Assembly (NCBI GenBank): GCA_037447605.1
Contig: CM074813.1
Span: 2,294,001 to 2,358,000 of the forward strand
Direction: 5' to 3'
Source of the DNA: Zygnema circumcarinatum SAG 698-1b
Taxonomy: Eukaryota; Plantae; Zygnematophyceae
Length of the DNA: 64,000 nucleotides
In this document: piece after piece, positions 48,270 to 60,247 of the stretch
How the letters are laid out: each line of letters begins with the position of its first letter
Position numbering within the stretch: the first letter of the stretch is position 1
Made by a program: the position numbers and the translations under genes
The notes under the pieces: generated by a model
The model's database searches: none
The model's input: only the letters and a program-made list of their open reading frames with translations
What the model was told of the DNA's origin: nothing

Positions 48270-51200
48270 TTAGAAACAAATGTCACATCGTCTTTTGAAT
48301 GTGGCTTGCTCTTCGACTGGGAAAGGAAGGGTTTCAGAAAGACGGCCGTGCTTTAGCTGCGTTCCATCCACTGTACAGAAATGAGTGTCCAAAACTGGCT
48401 GCGAGTGACTGCTTCTCCCGCGGTGTCGTGGAAGAGGGAGTCCACTCAAAGGCTCGCTGCTACTTACTCTTGTCCAATAGGGCCAACCCTCTCCCAAGGT
48501 TTCGTTCCACTTGCTGCATGCTCACAAAAGGAAGAAAAGGACTAAGTTCGAGCTTCTCTTGCAGCTGCTATGAGACGTGTGAATTGAAGTTTTTTTGAGT
48601 TCGTGCGCAAGGAGCAACGTTAGCGCAGCCATGGAGAAGAGAGGAGGGAGAGGGAGGGGGAGGGGGAGGCGAAGGGAGAGGAGAGGAGGCTTGCCTGCAG
48701 GAGGGCGAGGTAGTAGAAGTCCTCCATGTGCATCATCAGCGCCGTCCCGTCCCTCAGAGCGCTCAAAATTGCCATCTCCGTCTGCAGGAGGCGCTCCAAC
48801 ATCTGCCGCTCTCCGCGCATCTGAAAACCACACATACATAAAGTATAATTAAAAAAAGAAAAGAAAGAGAAAAACGAGAGGGCTCTACAGAACAGCTTGC
48901 TAGAATCGCCCACTTCTTCAAAAGTGAGGGAGAACACAAGAGACACAGAGCATCAGTGTTAGCACCCTATAATTTACAGTATACTGAACAGTGGGATGGT
49001 GGGAGAGAGCCGCTGTTGTGCTTAGAGGAAGTCCTTAACAAAAGCAGACATATAGAGTTCAGCTTCTAGAAGGAACCCACAAATTCTGCTACCAACAGGT
49101 CCGGTGTCGCTTCGCTAATATCATCATCGTCAACCTCCTCGACTTCCGACTCATTTTGACCTTCCACCTGCATTCATTCATATCCACTCCATCAAAACGG
49201 TAGTTCTGAAAGTTCAACCAGCTACTCATTTCTTGAACCAAGTGGATCCGGGGCTTATAACTTGTGAACTTTCAACTCAAACAGCAGCTAAGGACGAAAG
49301 CTTACTTCAAAACCATTGGCAGATCTGGCATTAAGGAAGACTGGAGAGGCCACATGGCAGTATCCCATTAGCTTTGGGATAGTGGGAATGATGTCTCGGC
49401 GGTTCACAACTCGCCAGCTGTCTTTCACAAGCTGCTCAGCCATCCAAAAGTTGACACGTGTCAGATGCATGCCACGTGCTTTCACTATCACCAAGGCGCG
49501 TTCAGCTTCTTTTCACATTTATTCATCGCAGAAACCACTCGCTTCCCCCCAAAGGAAATTTGCACAAAGATGCACCACAATATAGTAGATTTTGCACCCT
49601 TCGCGAGGCTAATTCACCTCATTATACTTCTCCACAAAGGCCCGATTTCCAACCCGAGGGGATCCGAAATTGTACATTTTCAGATGGAAGAGACCTGATC
49701 TGAGAACCCATGCAAAAAAAGGGAGCCAAAAGATCAACAAAAACTTCATTAGGCAAACGAAACATAAAGCCAAATCTAAGACTCTGGGAACGATGAACTA
49801 TGGTAGCCATAAAGATTTGGTCCAATTCAACTCAACCAAACCATACGATGCACTCACTAGTTGCCGCAAGACTCCGTAAGATGATCATATTCGTTGTTCA
49901 ACATAAATCATTGCCGATCCTGATCGAAGGTTCTTTTTGAGACTATATTTTGACCACACAAATGAGATAAAATTTCCTATTCCAACTACAATGGTAGGAC
50001 TGTTCCAATTGGCTTTGCAGCACATTGAACCGCAAACCTGCCTGCCAAAACGTGACGAGAGGAGTTCCTTGGAGAGGAGCGTGGCCAACGCTCCGCCCAA
50101 ACTGTGGCCTGTCACCCACAACTGCCACGTGGAGCAATCTCCTTTCTCCGATCCCCATGGAGAGGACTTTCTTTCTTGAACATCATCATTCTCACTGCTC
50201 CATCCATGCCACAGAACCGACAAATTTTAGCTACATATATGTTTCCATGATCACAGTCGTAAACTTCGCATACGTAGCAAAAGACACATTTAATAACGAT
50301 CCTTTAAATACGAGGATGTTTTATATCCAAAGGCAAGAACCATGCAGCTTACCTCTTCTCAATAACTGTTTGGATGAGCGAGATGAGACGAACCCTAATT
50401 GAATCGTAAGCCTTCAGAAAGCCTCCATGGACCTGAGGAGCCCTTTCTCCTTCAACCAATCACTGTCCAATTTGCTCAAACCACCCTCCACATTCCTTGG
50501 GTTCCACTAAATTTGTTAAACTTATATGCCTTTGTACACTACAGCATGGAAATAAGAATGCTTCAGCTCCAAAACCTTCTTTACATCGCGAGAAAAAGAA
50601 CGAATAAAACTGAACTGAAGGAAACAGCACTGATTGGAAACAACTTTAACTAAAGATCTGGGTTGATCTCACACAACAGAACTTAATCATGGAACTTCAT
50701 CATCCCGGGAGGTCAAGCTTACCATCTCCTCCTCCGAGAAGTTTCCACCACTCGCTCGCTCAGGTCCGAACCTGCAAATATCTTTGCGTGAGTCTGATAT
50801 TCGGTGAGTTTTAAATGCTTAGTACACTTGTAAACCAATAGCTGCTTCAAAAGTTCTAAAGATCTAAAGATGTGAAGGCGAGGTCAGAAAGTCAGTACCC
50901 AACTGGAGACAGCGAGAGATCCGTCTGCAAATCGCGAAGCTTCGTCTGCATGGAGAAAGGCATGCAACTGAATTTCAGTAACTTTGTCTGAATCTGTGCT
51001 ATACGTTTAGATGTCTGTCTATTGAACAAGTGGCAGTGAGAGAGTGAGAGAGTGAGAGAGAAGAGAGGAGGGAGAAAATTTTCTTTAGGGGGAGAGAGAG
51101 AGATAAAGTGAGAGAAAAGAGGGGAAGGTGGTAGAATTTAGGTGAGAGAAAGAGAGGGAGAGTAGAGAAGGGGAGACACGGGGAAAGGGAGGAAGAATTC

Positions 51201-54200
51201 AGGTGAGGGGGAGAGATAGAGAGAGAGAGGGGTGAGGGAGTGGGGAGGGAGGAACAAGTTAGGTGAGGAAGAGTGAGAGAAAGGGAAAGAGAGAGGAGGG
51301 GAGGAAGGAAGAAGTTAGAGGAGAGAGCGAGAGATTGAGGGAGGGAGAGAGCGAGAGCGAGAGAGAGCGAGCGAGAGAGAGAGCAATGGAGAGAGAGGGA
51401 GGGGGAGAGAGAAAGAAATAACCCTCCCTACTTTTTGTCACGAAGAGCATAACAAAGGAATGACATGTAGAGGAGTGAAACGGAAAACCTGCTCAGTTCC
51501 ACGGAACGCCACAAGGAGGCGGCGACCTCTTAAATCTCGCCACAATGCTACCTGCAACAACCCAAGTAGTAGAAGCGGGGGGAGAGGGAGGGGAGAGGGA
51601 GGGAGGGGGGGAAGGGAGGGGGAGAGAGAGAACGAGCGAGAGAGAGAGAGTGAGAAGAACCACAAGATCCCAATTGAATTCGATTAGAACTTCGCAATGT
51701 TCCGTAGTCATATGAAAATGTGTGCCTATGTCCACTCGTGTTCAGAGATTCTAGAACAGCATACAAATGGATAAACCTTATACATTTCTGACCTTTTCTA
51801 TTGAACACTTCTCCACGTTGAACCCACTTCAAATTCAACACAATGTACACCGATATGAGTTCAGTTTTTTTTTTCGTTTTGCAGGACCACTTTACCTGTG
51901 TATCTGTCCCCTCATTATCCAAAAAGCAAATTTTCTCAAACTCCGACGCCACAAAGGAGTGCTGCCCGAGGGAGGAGGCCAGTAAAGCCCATGCTTCCAT
52001 TGCACTCTCCGCACTGCAAAAGAGAGCTCTCATCTTTTCACTGCTATCAACTGAAGCCCTCTCCTCCTCCTCCTCCTCGCATCTCTCCTTCTTCTCCTCC
52101 CTCTCCTTCAAAGCCCCCTCCATGGATACCCCTCCTGCACCTTCAAACTGCTCGAGTTCACCCTCCCTCTCTTTCCTCCCTCCAGCTCCTAACAAAGCCC
52201 ACGATCCCAAAAGAGACTCTGTCTGCCGGAATATGGACACACTTAAGGCTGACGGAGATATTGATGTACCATTATCTCCTCCTTCAACATGGGTGTCAGC
52301 CTCTCCCTCTACAGCCCCCTCATCTCTCCTCTCCTTTCTCTCCTCCCTCTGTCTACCATCACTGCTCGACCAAACCCTCCCATTGCCTTCTCCAGAAGGC
52401 TCCTCCACTCCTCCCACAGTTGGTTTGGCCAGACCTGCCCTCACTAATATCTCAGATTTCCTTCTCTCCCCTTCCTTCCTAAGACCCCCTATCAACTCCT
52501 CCAAGCCCTGCTTCCAGAATCCTCCCTTCACAGCCTCTCTCCCTCCCTCTACTCCCTTCATTTCCGCCACAACCCCAACTCCTAACTCCCTACCAACCCC
52601 ACTTTCCTTATAGTATTCCGTGCTGCCATATCCTTTTTTGTCCTTTTCTGGGGCCAACCATCCCGCAGCCTGTAGAGCCTCTCTTGCGACATCTATAGGG
52701 CTAATGACCAAATTGCTTTCCTGCTTTTGCTTCTGCTCAGAAGATTCCGGACTCTTCTCATCGTCATTCGTTGGACCTTTTCCGGACTTCTCTTCTTTCT
52801 TCCCTTCAACAATCTCCTGACTACGAATCTCAGAGACAGTTGATTCTAAGGGCTGCGATTGAAAGCCTTGAATGGCAGATTGAACGAAATCAGAAGCTGA
52901 GATTGTTGGGGTGCCCATAATAGACTGGAGAAGTTTCTCCGGAGCCATTACTTTGAGAGCATCTCCAGCAAGAATGTCCTTTATTGTGGGTAATCGCCAC
53001 TTTGCTTCCTCACTTCTGATTGCTGCGAAGCTGCGGTACTGCACCTGTGGAAGGTCAAAATAAAAAGGAACTTGCCTTTTTAGCCTGACCAGAATGTGGC
53101 CAAACATATAACCAATTGCCCGCAATGCAGCATTGTTGATCAATTCCTTACCTCCAAAAACACGGTTCCACCTCCTCCCGGACCGGTCAATTGAATTTCC
53201 AACTCATGCCTCTCCCCTGCCCCTCCCATTCCACTTCCGGATCAACATTTAACCTTCCAGCAATAAATGAACTTCATCACTCCGGAAGCTGTCTGAACTA
53301 AGCTCAAGGGAAAAATATGAATATACAAAGTGTTGCGCGATTGCAGAACTGTCTTAAGAATGGAATCCTTCAGAAATCATTGCAGCTTCATGGGCTCGGA
53401 TTCTCTTGCAAGCAGGCCAAAGTCTCCAAAGACTTGACGCTTAATCTGACACAAATTTAGCTTTCCTTCTCACAGCAAAACCCATTAGCGATGGCTCACC
53501 ATCGCAGAAATTCTCCAATCGGATGCTCCCATTGCCCAACCTCCTTGGCGCTGCGATGAGATTGGCATCCCAAGCGGCCACCTGACACTTCAACTCCATT
53601 AGTTTTCCGATGAGAAAGTAAATGGTCTTCATTCTCACATGTTCCTGCCCTTATCCAAAACCAAAGAAGAACAGGCAAAGATTGTCGAGTATAGCATTTG
53701 ACTTAGATTATATCACTTTTGAGCCTGTGAGAGGGTCCCATTCGCTTCTTTCCTTCTTCAGGAATGGGCTCTTTCTAGCTCACCTTGAGAACAGGCCATG
53801 GAGGGCCTCCCAGCGGTACTATTACCTCTTCATTCCATTGTGGATTCAGGGACCTATCCATCCCGCAAACGCTAAAGTGATCCATGAAAACTCACAACAG
53901 ATTGTTTCTCAAGTTCAAAATCCTTGCAACAGATCGACGTATGTGCGCTGGTAAGACAGCAGATATGAAAACATGGACGAGAAAGCCTAAACAGAGACCT
54001 AAACACAAGATTGTGCAAGCTTGTGCATGTCCACTTTTAGTTCGTCCATTTTCCCCGCTTGACAAAAACCCGTGAAAGCTAGTTCAGCACGACATAGTTC
54101 ATGCTAAACTGAACGATTTGAGACATTCTTTCTTAGGATCCCAAGAAAACTGCGACGACCGTATCAGAAAAAGCTTTCCTTGTGAGAAGAGGGATAACTA

Positions 54201-56325
54201 AGGCCCTTCATGAGGAAGCAGCAGTATTAGCATTCAAGGTCATGAAGGCCTTAGCTCGTCCTTTAGGGTTTTTAGGGTTGAGAGGAAGGAGGAGAAGCTG
54301 AGATGCACATACCCCCATATTGTGCGCGTTCGAGCAACTGTCTCCCCAACATTTACACTCACGTAGGGGTCGCTGCTTCCCTGGTCATCATCATCCCGAT
54401 CACCTCATGTGGCTCTTAATTCTCTTCATGGCTGATAAGACATTCAAGGCCCTATTGCAGCTCTACATCTTTGCTACGCAAGTTATAGGAGTTTTCACGA
54501 AGGTTAAAACCTCCGCACTCACATGTTACAGGAGCTACTTAGTTAGGGCCCGTGGCCTAGTACAACTGCATAGAAGTGAGTATGGCATGCGATCGACATC
54601 CTTAATATTGTGAAACTTTTGAAATTGCGAACTAGTGTAACTTGAGTCGCCATGTTCAGACATTGACTAGAGCCCGAGAATTAAGGGTTAGCGCCGTAGG
54701 GCAGCATCGGTGAAAAGACAGCTGAAAACTTGGAATGGAGAAACGTCAAGATTATACCACTTCTAACTCGCCGTGTCGCTTGGTAGTATTCAAAAGGGGT
54801 GAGATTAAGCGTAGAACAGCGAAATTCTCTCACCTAAATACTTCCTGAGGTTTCCCATTTCCTTCCCAATCGTTGCACATGGTAACTAGCCTAAGTGATG
54901 GCTCACCCAGAGATCCACCGCAGGAAAATTGTTCCCTTTCACCACCTTCACTTGCAGGTGTCCACTGTAAATCTCCTCCACGAATTGTCTGGTAAGATAA
55001 GCAGATCGACTCGGTGTAAAGCTTGTTAGTCCTCGATTATTTTAAAGAAACTTCTGTTCCTCAGTAAAGGTGGAGCGCAAAAATCACTTAGGCATCCGAT
55101 GGAAGATCAAAATTTAAGTGAAACGAAAAAGAATGTAGAAATATAGTTCTGTAGGGGTTGCAACGAATCAGAACAAACAAGAAGGTTCATAAAGCGGTGA
55201 AAGGAGGCCAAGTTTGGATTAACTGTGAAAGGTAGAGAGTTTCACATCCGCCAGCATCCTTCGCTTTATACAAGCCATCCTTCTGCAGCCATCACAACCT
55301 GTTCCAAGGTATGAAGCCATATAGAATGTACTAAGGCAGAAAGAATAAAATCTTTCCGAAGCTCTCAGAATAGTTACAATGCAAAGTGCTCAGTATTGAA
55401 AGACGCCATTCGTCTTCGCCCTTACACGCACTTGGAATGTAAGAGCATTCAAATCGGGCAATAAGGCCACTTAATGAGTGCTAGTATAGCCATTGATCCC
55501 TTGTTCCGGCATGGCAGCTCAGTGGCTCAACACCAAGCGACGGTTGACATAAGGTGTCTAAAAGCACAAAAAATCGCTACATATCTTCAAGTTGAACTCG
55601 TTGTAAATGCTTCATGAAGCTTTTTGTAGTGAATGGAAGCAACATACGATGGTAATGGGTTTTGCATGGTCATACGGAAATTGGACCTTTTCAAAAACTT
55701 CGAAAAAGTAATTACGAGCAAGCAAACCTGACTTATGTCGGCATTGAAAGCCGAATTAATAACAAAGTTTATTGATGAAGTAGCTCTGAGGTTCAATGTC
55801 TCAAGTGTGCTGATTCGACGAGTTAAGTGAAGTCGTAAGGGGGAATTGTGAGCTTGGTTTTGCCTTCGTAGTCAGCATACGGCTCATATGCGTGACTGCT
55901 ACTTGATAGATTAGAGAAAATGTTTTGTATTTTTTGCAATGAGCTCGCACCTTAGGTGTATTGTACGATTCGAAAGCAAATCCAGCCATGATAACGGCCA
56001 CATTGATATCAAACTGAAAGCCAGTCCTCCCCTCCGCCCCTGCTTCTCCCTCATCTTCAAGCTCTAAAGCATCTGCGCGTGCAGTTGCATGCATTATTTT
56101 CGCATCTATCATGCATCCTCGAGAAATCTCGGACAATTCCCTCCCTACCCTTCTCCTGCACGGCCATGTGCGACGGAAGTGCAAACGCATGCAAAGTGAG
56201 TGTGCCGCGGAAAACCGAATAGAGACGGAAGAAGAAGAAGGAAAAACTGACACCCGAGGTGCGGTCATAAGAGCGGAACATGATACCGAAGTTTGCATCT
56301 GTGCAGCACGGCAGCTAGCAGCCAT
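48270..56325 (-). CDS. HIL1: Chloroplast C2-domain class-3 lipase, HIL1 (At4g13550)-like; the 3' end is uncertain (stop at 48620, 48270 or 47952)
   Basis: Transit-like N-terminus, then FDINVAVIMAGFAFESYNTP, C2 exons (GSSDPYVSV, NPQWNEE, VAAWDANL), MRALFCSAESAMEAWALLASSLG, VALWRD...VAFRGTEQ, VHGGFLKAYDS, the nucleophile motif VTGHSLGG, YNFGSPRVGN, RVVNRRDIIP and HMEDFYY. Confidence 0.9.
51041..51420. repeat. Long GA-rich low-complexity tract in a lipase intron
   Basis: About 380 bp made almost entirely of G and A on the + strand. Confidence 0.85.
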
Positions 56326-56895
56326 GGCGCCGGAGAGGGGGAGCAGGAAGGCCGGAGGGGCCCGGCCACGGCCAAGAGAGGAAACGAGTATCGAACGCAG
56401 TTCGACGGCTTGCGATACACCTATGCTTCGCGATATATCGATACGGGGGTGTGACGATAATATCGGCCACTATGTGCACGGATATCGACTCCTAGTGGCG
56501 ATACGTTCACATGCTGAGAACGGGTTGCTTCCTACTTCCTCTCCTTGTTCCCACAACAATTTGAGAGTCCACAGTCGAGGTTGGTCTCGCATTGAGGGCT
56601 TGAAAGTGCCTGCTGTGGAGTGCTTCTGCATGCATTCACAAACTCCAGGCGTTGACACCATTTCAGTGACATTGACATGCTTGTTTCAATCCGGAGTATG
56701 CGTCATTACTCATGTCCCCTTTTCCTGCCCACAATGCGCCAGTAACAGGAGCATATGCTCCACATACAACAGAGGGGCAGTCGACTGTTCCGATGACATT
56801 GAAGCACAGGTAAAGGAACGCGAGATCATGTAGAGTTGTATGTGCTCTTCCTATGGTAATTGCAACTTAAGGGATGATCCACCAGGGGACACAAA

Positions 56896-59261
56896 CTAGA
56901 CAGCAAACGCTGTTTGCAGGGTTGAAGCGACATGTGAAGCCACTGTCTGCGTTGCGAATTGTTGAATTTGCTTCTTGGCATCTGCATTTTTAATAAAGAG
57001 GAAACGCAAGTCAGTTCAAACACCAGATGGCAGATGAAATGCCTATAGGCGAGTGCCCTTGCCTTCTAGTTCGAGGGTGGGGCAAACAGCGTTTGCCCAG
57101 CAAACGCTGCAAACGTTTGCAGCGTTTTTTTTCGTTGTGGTGAAATGTCTTTGGGCATTTCAATATTCAGAATCTCAACTAGCTCTTGTATCCCAGCCAG
57201 CTAGGCTGCACCACGACTTGCATGCCATCCAGACAAGCAAGCAAATTATTGAGAGCTCACATGCTCAAACATTTATGAAGTTTCTCTATATCTCTCCCTG
57301 CTTCATTATCACTCAATTCGCAGAGAGGATGCCGTTGTCGAGTGTTTAGAAAAATTGACGCTGTGAAGTGTAAAGTGTGCTGTGTGAAGTGTGCTAAAGA
57401 GTGTGTTCACAGTTGCGTACTAGCACACACACACTCCAGGACTGCCGCTTATTGACCAACCACTGTTTGATGGATGAAGGATAAGGTGGGGAGTGTGTCA
57501 CCTGATCGACACTTCGTGAAGCCATAGATGTTGGAAGTGCCTAGCACTACCGCAACAGCGACAATGAGCAAGTAATTCCACGTTTCAAAGTTGAAACGGA
57601 TGATGGCGAAAATGCCTAGGAGGAACCACACTGCTGGCTGCAAAACACAACACCCAATTTTCCAGCCAAACACAACAGCTTGAAATATGAGCAACCTCAT
57701 TTGACCATTTCCCCAAACGCACAGTTGGCACTATCTCTTATCGAAGGTAACGTCAGTCATGGGCGCTGATTGCAAGGGCAAGAGTCTATCCATAAGCTTT
57801 CATACTTATGGAGAGACACTTCAAAACAATTCAGCAGGGCTTCGGTCAATCGGTATCACCAACTCAATACAACAAAACACAGGAACTGCATTAAAACAAT
57901 ACATTGACCTGCTTCAAATGGAGTAACATTATTTCAGGCATTAGTGTCAGCTCCCGTTAAAGCCATTCAACCGTTCTAGCAGGACATCATTGACCATGAT
58001 AATCTTACACAAAATCTAATCTTATTTAATCTTATCTTATCTTAATCGTTTTGCTACAGCAGAGTTGGGCATGCAAGGGAGAATAGAATCCAAACTTACT
58101 GTCAAGTAAAGGGTCCACCAAAATAGCCAGGAATCTGGCTTACTGAGGCGTTCAAGCTCCTGCAACATGGAGCAGGAAATTGCAAGTGAGTTATGTCACC
58201 TGATATCAGTCACTCATAAATCCGAATGATGAACGAAAACAAAGGCCTTCTCATGATAAGTCAATGCTCGCTCATGCACACTCATGAACAAGATAACAAA
58301 TAGAAAACAAAAGGTATAAAAATAGTACTATGACAATCTAGGGAAAAGACAAATGAAGAGTCGCACTTACAGATGGATCCAACGATTCAAATCTCCATAT
58401 ATTCTCTCCAGCTTCGTCAGTCTCATTCCACCATCTCAATCCCACCAGGATGCGACCACTAACATTTTTTACCACCCAAAAATCAAAGGCGATGAACGTG
58501 ACACAAATGACAAAGTGGACAATGAAACCAGCGCTTGTAATCCAGCCGAAAATGTAGAAAAGCAGGGCAGCAACCTACCCTCCAAGACATCCAAGCAATG
58601 GCAAGGTGTCAAAACATCACTCGAGCATTACAAAAAAGGTGAACCACTAACATTACTGAGGCCGCTGCTTCGCTTCTAAAATTGGCGATTCGAACTTTCA
58701 TGCAAAGTAACAAAGTTCCTGTGACCACGTCAGGCAGTTGCATTCTCAGAAACCCTCGAATCAGTTGCATAGGAGTTCCCATGACGAAAAAAAAAATGCA
58801 GATCTTGCTTCTGCATTAAAACCTAAACTTATAAACGGACGCTCTTTCTGTTAAGAATAACCTGAGAAGACAATCATCCAGCCGTCTTAAACTCAACATT
58901 TGAGGTTTCAGATGGATATTTTTCCAGCAAATTTCATTGATGAAGCGATAACCTCAGAATATTTTTCTGGCAATCTATTTCTGGCTATTGTCGGGATTCT
59001 CGGACGACTTTCTAGTCTTCGGAGACTGAATAACGATGTGTACCTTGAAAAATAAATGGAAAAACACGAGCTTTGGATGTGCATAGGCGTCTTGATCAGC
59101 CTGCATTGCGCAGAAGAATGCAACATTGCGTCGGAGTCGGCAACATGGTTCAAACTTTGAGATTCAGACAAAAAGCAAACGAAGCAAAATGAGAAAAGAA
59201 GATGCTCATGGAACACTGCTTCATGCACGATCAGCATCAGAGCGTCCTGCAGGCGCACCAT
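56896..59261 (-). CDS. ECH: Golgi membrane protein TVP23/ECHIDNA
   Basis: (M)|ADQDAYAHPKLVFFHLFFK|VAALLFYIF...FDFWVVKNVSGRILVGLRWWNETDEAGENIWRFESLDPS|ELERLSKPDSWLFWWTLYLT|PAVWFLLGIFAII...GFTKCRS|DAKKQIQQFATQTVASHVASTLQTAFAV*. The start is inferred as ATG|gtgcgc at 59261-59259. Confidence 0.92.
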
Positions 59262-59633
59262 AACGGCGGAGCAGGAACGATTTGGCGGAGAAACGCTGGC
59301 GAGTAGAGCAGGGGGTGTCGTTCAAAGATGTTGTTTTCTAACAACCAGAACCAGTCAACTGAAAAAGAAAAGTGTGCGTAATGCGAAGCTTGGGAGGGAA
59401 ACACGCCTCCTCCGCACGAGAGTCGCAGACCTAAAGTAGAGCAGCTGGGGACGCGTTGAGCAGAAACAGCCATGGCGAAAGCCCAGGCTGCAACCTGACT
59501 GCCCGTTCACATGGCCCTGTTGCCGTTACAGTTCTTGCGGGTACCATGTTCCATGTCGTGATTCGGTGACTGTATGCATGCTAAATTGCTTAGTACTCGC
59601 CAAGAAAAAAATAAAAAATAAAAAAAAATAAAG

Positions 59634-59966
59634 TTCTTCGTGTTCCCCATGCTGCTTTTGTCCATGTATCATTTGATGGCCTCGATGCCACATCCACTCT
59701 CCACGTGGCCAATTTTGTATAGAAAAAGTTGTGACATTGATCTCACGATGGCGATGACAAGCGGTTTTTTTTTTGAAAAGCGCATTTGGACAAGCGCCGC
59801 GTGCTTATCTGACGAAGAAACTTGCTCATCTTCGCCAGGAAGCAGAGTTACGCCGACAGCTTTATTTTTTCGCATTTTATAGGTCATTGGTGACCTGTTC
59901 TGAATGATTCTACATATTGCACTTTTCCATGTATAATTGAGGGCGTTGCCACATGAGATCAATGCC
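59634..59966. repeat. Cluster of three copies of the short dispersed repeat: 59634-59694 (-), 59731-59758 (+, 5' half), 59913-59966 (-)
   Basis: Matches to 29387-29450 include GATGTGGCATC...CCATCAAATGATACATGGACAAAAGCAGCATGGGGAAC, GTGACATTGATCTCACGATGGCGATG and GGCATTGATCTCATGTGGCAACGCCCTCAATTATACATGG. Confidence 0.75.
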
Positions 59967-60247
59967 AATCCACACTTTCCTTTCAAGGTGACACAACGAT
60001 GATCTTTGCTCCACTTTCCGCACCTTTTGCTGTCCAAACAACCTGCGTGGGACAGCTTTTATAGCTGTGCTCCTGGACGTCGAATGAGGGCTCCAAGTGG
60101 GAAAAAAAAACAAGCATGGGCGTTGGTGGAGATGACTAGAACTAGCTCAGATTCATGGCTCCTTGCTATTTGGCGTCAAGACCATAGATCGCTTTACTCG
60201 TAGCCCAAGCAGACTAGCCCTAGCTTCTCATCTATCGCACTACATGT

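Noticed and set aside
52628-52636. ATATCCTTT, a U12-type donor motif
   Set aside because: It is antisense to a coding exon of the lipase (KDKKGYG).
56111-56833. 240-aa plus-strand ORF sharing the CCATGG with the lipase start
   Set aside because: It overlaps the lipase first exon and promoter and the TVP23 3' region in antisense. No recognisable domain.
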